Shown: piece by piece, positions 59,037 through 64,000 of the stretch | Numbering within the stretch: the stretch's first letter is position 1 | How the letters are laid out: each line of letters starts with the position of its first letter | NCBI GenBank assembly: GCA_964411255.1 | Contig: CAYPKD010000005.1 | Coordinates: forward strand, 5,547-69,546 | Direction of reading: 5' to 3' | DNA from: an uncultured Gammaproteobacteria bacterium | GTDB lineage: Bacteria; Patescibacteriota; Patescibacteriia; UBA11705; DATKZF01 | Length of the DNA: 64,000 nt | Translations under genes and position numbers: made by a program | Notes under the pieces: generated by a model | Told to the model about the DNA's origin: nothing | What the model saw: the letters and a program-made list of their open reading frames with translations, nothing else | Database searches by the model: none

Positions 59037-60635
59037 TTATCTCTTTTTACCTTTTTTCTTCTTTTTCCTAGATTCAATAATCTGTTTTTCTTGATCCAAA
59101 ATTTCTTGCTTATGATTTTGAAGATATTTCATTGCCTGTTTTTTTGAATTTATTTCTCCATTTAGCCAAGCATCCTGAACTGCTGTTAAAGCTAAGCCAA
59201 AATAAATTCCCCCACGTCTTTCAAAAAATATTTCATTAATATCATCACTTGAAAGAATGGTCTTTGGTAATTTTTGCTCTTGCCTTGCTTCAATTCTCTT
59301 CCTTACTTTTTCAATTTTGGTCATCAGCTCATCATAACGCTTAGTATTTGGCTGGCCATCAGATTTAATTGAGCTTAATGAATCTAAATAGGTAAGCATT
59401 AATAATTCATTGCCATGTTTTCCGAAAAAAGCATTTTCAATATCTTTAAAAGAAAATTGTCCTGGATCTTCCAGCAGATTTCTTATTAAAAAAGTGATTT
59501 CCTTAATTTGCTTATTGGAAAATTTTAAACGACGAGTGATTTTTTCAGACAGTTGAGCGCTTTGCTCGTTAGGATGTTTAAATTTGATTTTTTCATCTCC
59601 ATCTTCAATTACAATTTCCTGTGATTTTGGTTTCCCAATTTGCGAAAGCATAATAGCGACAGTAAATTCTGGAGATATTTTGGCATTTGGGAATTTTGAT
59701 TTGAATTCTGGAGAATTGATTTTTTCCAGCATTAATTTAGTATGCTGCCAGACATCTCCTTCCTGATGAGATTCAGCTGGTTGAGTGCAATTTTTGAGTT
59801 TATTTAATTCAGGAATAATCTGCTGCCAGAGACTTGCTTTATCATATAAATCAAAAGCGCGTTCTGAATTTTCTTTAAGGCTTTTTAATAATTCTTTTCT
59901 AATGGTGTCTTCTGGTACTTTTCTTTCTTTTTTACCTTTTTCACCCACCACAGTATCATTGATGTGCTGGGCATTTTCAATAATTGCTTTCCAGGTATTT
60001 TTTTCAATTTGAAAATCAAACCGGCAGGCAAAGCGGATAGCGCGCAGCATCCTGGAATAATCTTCTTTGAATCTGTCTTCAGGTTTGCCAACAGCACGGA
60101 TAAGCTTGTTTTCTAAATCTTTTTTTCCATCATAAGGATCAACCAATTTTCCTTCTCTGACATCATAGGCCATGGCATTTATAGTCAAATCCCTTCGGCC
60201 CAAATCTTCTTCGACCGGCATGTTTGGATCAGACTGAACTTCAAAATCTTTTTTGCCACCGCCGCCAGTTGAAAATTCTGTGCGTGGAAAAGCAATATCA
60301 ATTGGTTCATCTAAACTTTTGTCTTCTGGCATGAATTTATAAACGCCAAAATGCTTTCCAACCAGATCTAAGCTGCCCTTTTCTTCAGTTAAAGCCTTTT
60401 CAAGGTCCTGGCCAGATATTTTTCTAAATATAAAATCAAAATCTTTTGATTTAAGCTTGTCTAAAAGGGTATCGCGCACAATTCCACCGACCATGTACAT
60501 TTCCAAATTTTCAAGATTAGGGTTGGTAATAAAATCATCTAAAAATCGCTTGACAGCTGGTTCAGTTAATATTCTTTTTCGCAGCTTGTCTTCTGGAGCC
60601 TCTTCCTTTAGTAATATTTTTTCAAAAAATTTCAT
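59037..60635 (-). CDS. cca: CCA-adding enzyme / poly(A) polymerase-family tRNA nucleotidyltransferase
   Basis: MVGGIVRDTLLD..KDFDF head-domain motif, RDLTINAMA, C-terminal extension. Confidence 0.8.
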   Translation of the reverse strand: MKFFEKILLKEEAPEDKLRKRILTEPAVKRFLDDFITNPNLENLEMYMVGGIVRDTLLDKLKSKDFDFIFRKISGQDLEKALTEEKGSLDLVGKHFGVYKFMPEDKSLDEPIDIAFPRTEFSTGGGGKKDFEVQSDPNMPVEEDLGRRDLTINAMAYDVREGKLVDPYDGKKDLENKLIRAVGKPEDRFKEDYSRMLRAIRFACRFDFQIEKNTWKAIIENAQHINDTVVGEKGKKERKVPEDTIRKELLKSLKENSERAFDLYDKASLWQQIIPELNKLKNCTQPAESHQEGDVWQHTKLMLEKINSPEFKSKFPNAKISPEFTVAIMLSQIGKPKSQEIVIEDGDEKIKFKHPNEQSAQLSEKITRRLKFSNKQIKEITFLIRNLLEDPGQFSFKDIENAFFGKHGNELLMLTYLDSLSSIKSDGQPNTKRYDELMTKIEKVRKRIEARQEQKLPKTILSSDDINEIFFERRGGIYFGLALTAVQDAWLNGEINSKKQAMKYLQNHKQEILDQEKQIIESRKKKKKGKKR

Positions 60636-60647
60636 ATTACCAATTGA

Positions 60648-61544
60648 TTATTTGTAAAGGGATCTTTTATATTCATCTAAAACATCTTTTATAAGGCTAT
60701 GGATGATTGTTTTTACAACTTGCTCTTGTTCTCCTTTTTTCCCATAACCAATGAATTTTTTAATTTCAAATTTTTTTGTCCCACCTCCAGAGAATTTTTT
60801 TATATTTATTTTTAAAAATTGTTCAGCCAGAGTTTGTAGTTCTTCTCTTATTTGGGGAATTTTTTGGTCTGCCAATTCTCTTAATTTTGCTTCGAGTATT
60901 GCCTTTAGTCCGATTTTAGTCAGATTTCTGATAATTGCTGGATCCTGATATAAAAATAAGGATTGGTTATCAAAAAAAAGTTCAGCCTGCTCAAGATCCT
61001 GAAATTGAGATGCTTTGCTGAATAGTTTAGTATAGTGATTTTCTTCTAATTTTTGTGTAATGAATTCTGCGATTTGTTCATTATTTGTATAATCTAAATT
61101 TTCTAGGTCTTCTTCGTCATTAGGCTCTATTAATCTTCCAGTAAAATACATTGGATAAGCTCCTTTCATTGCAGTGTACCATCTTGTAGTATCATATGAA
61201 TTATCTTCTTTGAGGTGAATAAAAAACACAACTTCATCATCTGAACCTTTGAATCGTTTACCTTCTTTTTCCTCACTCGATTGGACAAACTCTGGGTTTA
61301 GTCTAATTGAAAAGCGAAGTACTTTGCTATGAGTTTTTTTCGTACTATATGGCAAATTTGCTTGATCAAGTTTTTTTTGGAGCAATTTATTTATTTCCTT
61401 ACTTCTTTCTGCCAGTTCTTTTATTCTTTTTTCATGTTTCGAACCATAATCAACAACAATCTGCTCATGTTTTCGCCATCGAAGTTTTTCAGTTGGCTTT
61501 AATGATTTTTGGCCGAGTGATTCTTCTATTGTTGGTTTTCTCAT
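60648..61544 (-). CDS. 298-aa hypothetical protein
   Basis: Long ORF in an operon-like arrangement with rluD and cca. No family recognised. Confidence 0.7.
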   Translation of the reverse strand: MRKPTIEESLGQKSLKPTEKLRWRKHEQIVVDYGSKHEKRIKELAERSKEINKLLQKKLDQANLPYSTKKTHSKVLRFSIRLNPEFVQSSEEKEGKRFKGSDDEVVFFIHLKEDNSYDTTRWYTAMKGAYPMYFTGRLIEPNDEEDLENLDYTNNEQIAEFITQKLEENHYTKLFSKASQFQDLEQAELFFDNQSLFLYQDPAIIRNLTKIGLKAILEAKLRELADQKIPQIREELQTLAEQFLKINIKKFSGGGTKKFEIKKFIGYGKKGEQEQVVKTIIHSLIKDVLDEYKRSLYK

Positions 61545-61549
61545 ATTAA

Positions 61550-62491
61550 TTATGTAAGATTTTTTATAAAATTATTTAAATTTTCCTTTAAATCAATTTC
61601 ATATTCCATTTCATTACTCTGCAAGTCTGTGAATTTTAAATAATATGCTTGTAAAAACATGTTTTCAATTTTAACTGGTTTGATTTTTTTTGATTTGTAT
61701 AAAGGATCGCCGACTACTGGATTGCCCAGAGCAAAAAAGTGAACTCTGATTTGATGAGTGCGGCCGGATTTTGGCATTACATCTACAAATGAAAATTTTT
61801 TAAATTCTTTAATAACATCATACTGGGTTAAAGCTTCTTTTCCCCGACGTGAATTAAACGGGTGAGCAGCCAGCGCACCAGTTTGCGAGCTTCTGCCAAT
61901 TCGAAATGATATTGAATCTTCTTTTGTGTCTAAGTGCCCGTAAACCAATGCATAGTATTTTTTTTCAATCAATCTTTTTTTAAATTGAGATTTGAGATGC
62001 TCAAACATGTCCTGAGTTTTTGGGATTATCATCAGGCCTGACGTTTCTTTATCTAATCGATGAACAATTGCTGGTCTTTGCGGATCTTCACCTATTTTTT
62101 TTAGTTCTGGATATTTTTTTATCAGCCAATGTACTAATGTATTTGGTTCATTTTTATCAGTTGGATGAACTAAAACATTTGCTGGCTTATTGATAATTAA
62201 ATACTTATCTTTATCATCAATTACTTTAATTTGTTTTAAAAGTTCTTTATTTTCATCTTTTTTAAATACTCGTTTTACTTTGGAGACTGCTTTTTTTATT
62301 TTTTCTTCTTTGACAATGACAATATCTCCGGTTTTTAAAAAGTGATGAACAGTCGGCACTTTTTCATTTATTAAAACCAAGCCAGATTGAATCTGTTTTT
62401 TAATTTGGCTTCTGGTGATTTCTGGCATCATTTGAGCCAGAAATTTATCAAGTCGTGATTTATCAAATTCTTTAATAACTTTATATTTCAT
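61550..62491 (-). CDS. rluD: RluA-family 23S rRNA pseudouridine synthase (RluD-like) with S4 domain
   Basis: N-terminal S4-like RLDKFLA, catalytic HRLDKETSGL, GRTHQIRVH. Confidence 0.9.
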   Translation of the reverse strand: MKYKVIKEFDKSRLDKFLAQMMPEITRSQIKKQIQSGLVLINEKVPTVHHFLKTGDIVIVKEEKIKKAVSKVKRVFKKDENKELLKQIKVIDDKDKYLIINKPANVLVHPTDKNEPNTLVHWLIKKYPELKKIGEDPQRPAIVHRLDKETSGLMIIPKTQDMFEHLKSQFKKRLIEKKYYALVYGHLDTKEDSISFRIGRSSQTGALAAHPFNSRRGKEALTQYDVIKEFKKFSFVDVMPKSGRTHQIRVHFFALGNPVVGDPLYKSKKIKPVKIENMFLQAYYLKFTDLQSNEMEYEIDLKENLNNFIKNLT

Positions 62492-62548
62492 GAGTTTATT
62501 CTATCATTTTTTACCTAAACAAACAATAAAAATAGAGGAAAGGAAATA

Positions 62549-62577
62549 TTTGACAAATTAAAGCAAATATGTTAAAT
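62549..62577 (+). promoter_or_regulatory. Sigma70-type promoter for the RT gene
   Basis: TTGACA, 17-nt spacer, TTAAAT. Confidence 0.5.
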
Positions 62578-62626
62578 TGAATTACCGTGTTCTTTGAATA
62601 AAACCTCTTTGGGAAAGGGAAAAATC

Positions 62627-64000
62627 ATGCTTGATCTGAAGCGAAAAAAGCGCCGTAAGCCAAGAACTGAATTTAAGTATGAAGATTTTCGTGTTGTGAC
62701 TGAGCTTGATGTTCATCTGGCTCAGTACCTGCGGACTTTTCTTCACATTGACATTAGTCAATGGAATTTTTGCATGGATATTATCCGCCAGGGCCGGGCT
62801 TATACAACTGAGCTGCGGTCAAAAGGCAAAGGCAAAGGTACTCGAAAAATCTATAAGCCGCACAATGCGCTTAAAGTAGTGCAGCGGGCAATTAAGAACC
62901 GGATTCTAAAGCAGATCCCTGTTCATTTTGCCAGACATGGCGGGCCAGACGGCACCAGTACGATGACCAATGTGGCTCAGCATGCTGGATTTGCCAAAGC
63001 AGTTTTTTCTGTTGATCTGGTCAATGCCTATCCGTCAGTAACCCGTTATCGGGTAAAAAGAAATTTGGAAAAGCCGATTTCTTTTCTGCTAAAGCAGTTT
63101 ATGGGAGTGGAATTTTCAAAAGACGATGTTGAAAAAATGATTGAAGCAATTTGCGATTTGACATGTTACCATGATCGGGTGCAGCAGGGATTGCCATCTT
63201 CAGCAAGAATGTTGGACATTTGTTGCATGAAGCTGGATATGGACATTTTCAAGCTTCTTCATGACCAATCTTCTGCATTGCAGAAGTATCGGTATACTGC
63301 TTTTGTAGATGATCTGACAATTTCATCAAATGATGAAATTACAATTGAACTGATGCAGCAAATCATCGATACGATTGAAGCCAATGGCTTTATTCCCCAC
63401 ATAAGAAAAGATAAGACAAAGTATTTCAGCCGAAAAAGTGGTGAAGTGCCAGAGGTAACTGGCTTGGTAGTTAATGATGATGGCCGTATCACTATGGCTA
63501 AGGGAAAAGTCAACCAGATCAGGGGTACGCTTTTCAATATTTGCAAGCAAGTCAAATGGACAGAAGAAGACTTGAATAGAGTTAGGGGCCTGATCGCCTA
63601 TGTTAATATGGTTTACCCTGACAAGTTGCCCAGCAAGCTGAAAAAGATTGTTGATGCAGCGCAATTGCGAGTCAAAGCTGAACAGCTTGCCAGATTTAGC
63701 AGTTCTAAACCTGTTGAATTTTCAGCAGCGCAGGACGATGATGAAAAAGAAGTTGTCTCAGGTATTCTGTACACTGACGGCGCTTCTAAAAAGGGAATCG
63801 GAACTGTCGGAGTGGTGCTGCAAAAAGAAGGCAGAGTGGTGCGTGAGATTTCCAGTGTGATTGGCGCTGCCACAAATAATCAGGCTGAATATCAAGCCTT
63901 GATTACTGGTATGGAAGCAGCGCTTGAAGAAAATGTTACTGCTCTTGATTGTTTTTTTGACAGCAAGCTGATCTATAATCAGTTGAGCAAGAGTAATAAA
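62627..64000 (+). CDS. Retron-type reverse transcriptase fused to RNase HI-like domain, 3'-truncated by window edge
   Basis: My own translation: 458 codons open from ATG 62627 to nt 64000. RT motifs RKIYKPHNALKVVQRAIKNRIL, TNVAQH, SVDLVNAYPSV, QGLPSSARML, YTAFVDDLTISS, EVTGLVVN. From about aa 378: ILYTDGAS..ATNNQAEYQALITGMEAA..FFDSKLIYNQL. Confidence 0.88.
   Translation, partial: MLDLKRKKRRKPRTEFKYEDFRVVTELDVHLAQYLRTFLHIDISQWNFCMDIIRQGRAYTTELRSKGKGKGTRKIYKPHNALKVVQRAIKNRILKQIPVHFARHGGPDGTSTMTNVAQHAGFAKAVFSVDLVNAYPSVTRYRVKRNLEKPISFLLKQFMGVEFSKDDVEKMIEAICDLTCYHDRVQQGLPSSARMLDICCMKLDMDIFKLLHDQSSALQKYRYTAFVDDLTISSNDEITIELMQQIIDTIEANGFIPHIRKDKTKYFSRKSGEVPEVTGLVVNDDGRITMAKGKVNQIRGTLFNICKQVKWTEEDLNRVRGLIAYVNMVYPDKLPSKLKKIVDAAQLRVKAEQLARFSSSKPVEFSAAQDDDEKEVVSGILYTDGASKKGIGTVGVVLQKEGRVVREISSVIGAATNNQAEYQALITGMEAALEENVTALDCFFDSKLIYNQLSKSNK

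Noticed and set aside
62492-62626. Retron msr/msd ncRNA upstream of the RT.
   Set aside because: Only 135 nt are available and a promoter and SD occupy them. No a1/a2-type inverted repeats or long msd-like stem are present. The question stays open for the sequence downstream of the window.
63259-63873. Three minus-strand ORFs and one plus ORF (63648..63860) listed in the track.
   Set aside because: All lie inside the long open RT-RNase H frame (62627..>64000, +), which carries a complete motif series.

Overview
AT-rich, gene-dense bacterial chromosome segment. The gene content fits a reduced Patescibacteria/CPR-type genome (lineage is inference): rpoC 3' part, ftsH, infB, trxA/trxB, gdh, leuS, rnhB, trpS, RNase J, secG, a porCDAB 2-oxoacid:ferredoxin oxidoreductase cluster, uvrA, rplS, gmk, cca, rluD, a DUF4012/GT4/sugar-transferase glycan locus, a T4SS-pilin-like gene and a four-helix-bundle pseudogene. 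RNase P RNA (rnpB) lies on the minus strand and carries large insertions. Four things stand out. (1) An ORF missing from the supplied track because it has no stop before the window end (62627..>64000, +) encodes a retron-type reverse transcriptase fused to an RNase HI-like domain. (2) A visibly G+C-richer accessory island (about 30.1-36.6 kb) is wedged into the glycan locus. It mixes orphan proteins (HEAT-like repeat protein, DHH-like phosphoesterase, Zn-knuckle/Arg-rich protein) with about 1.7 kb of ORF-free, hairpin-dense DNA, including a promoter-to-terminator sRNA candidate. (3) Most core intergenic spacers, an insertion inside rnpB and both flanks of the four-helix-bundle pseudogene are built from degenerate 8-nt-periodic word arrays, often as inverted pairs. 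(4) Core genes almost never have a Shine-Dalgarno sequence, whereas most genes in the G+C-richer islets do. I found no CRISPR array, tRNA, rRNA, transposase or integrase. All calls come from reading the sequence and remembered family motifs. G+C differences were judged by eye, and no folding, HMM or database search was run.
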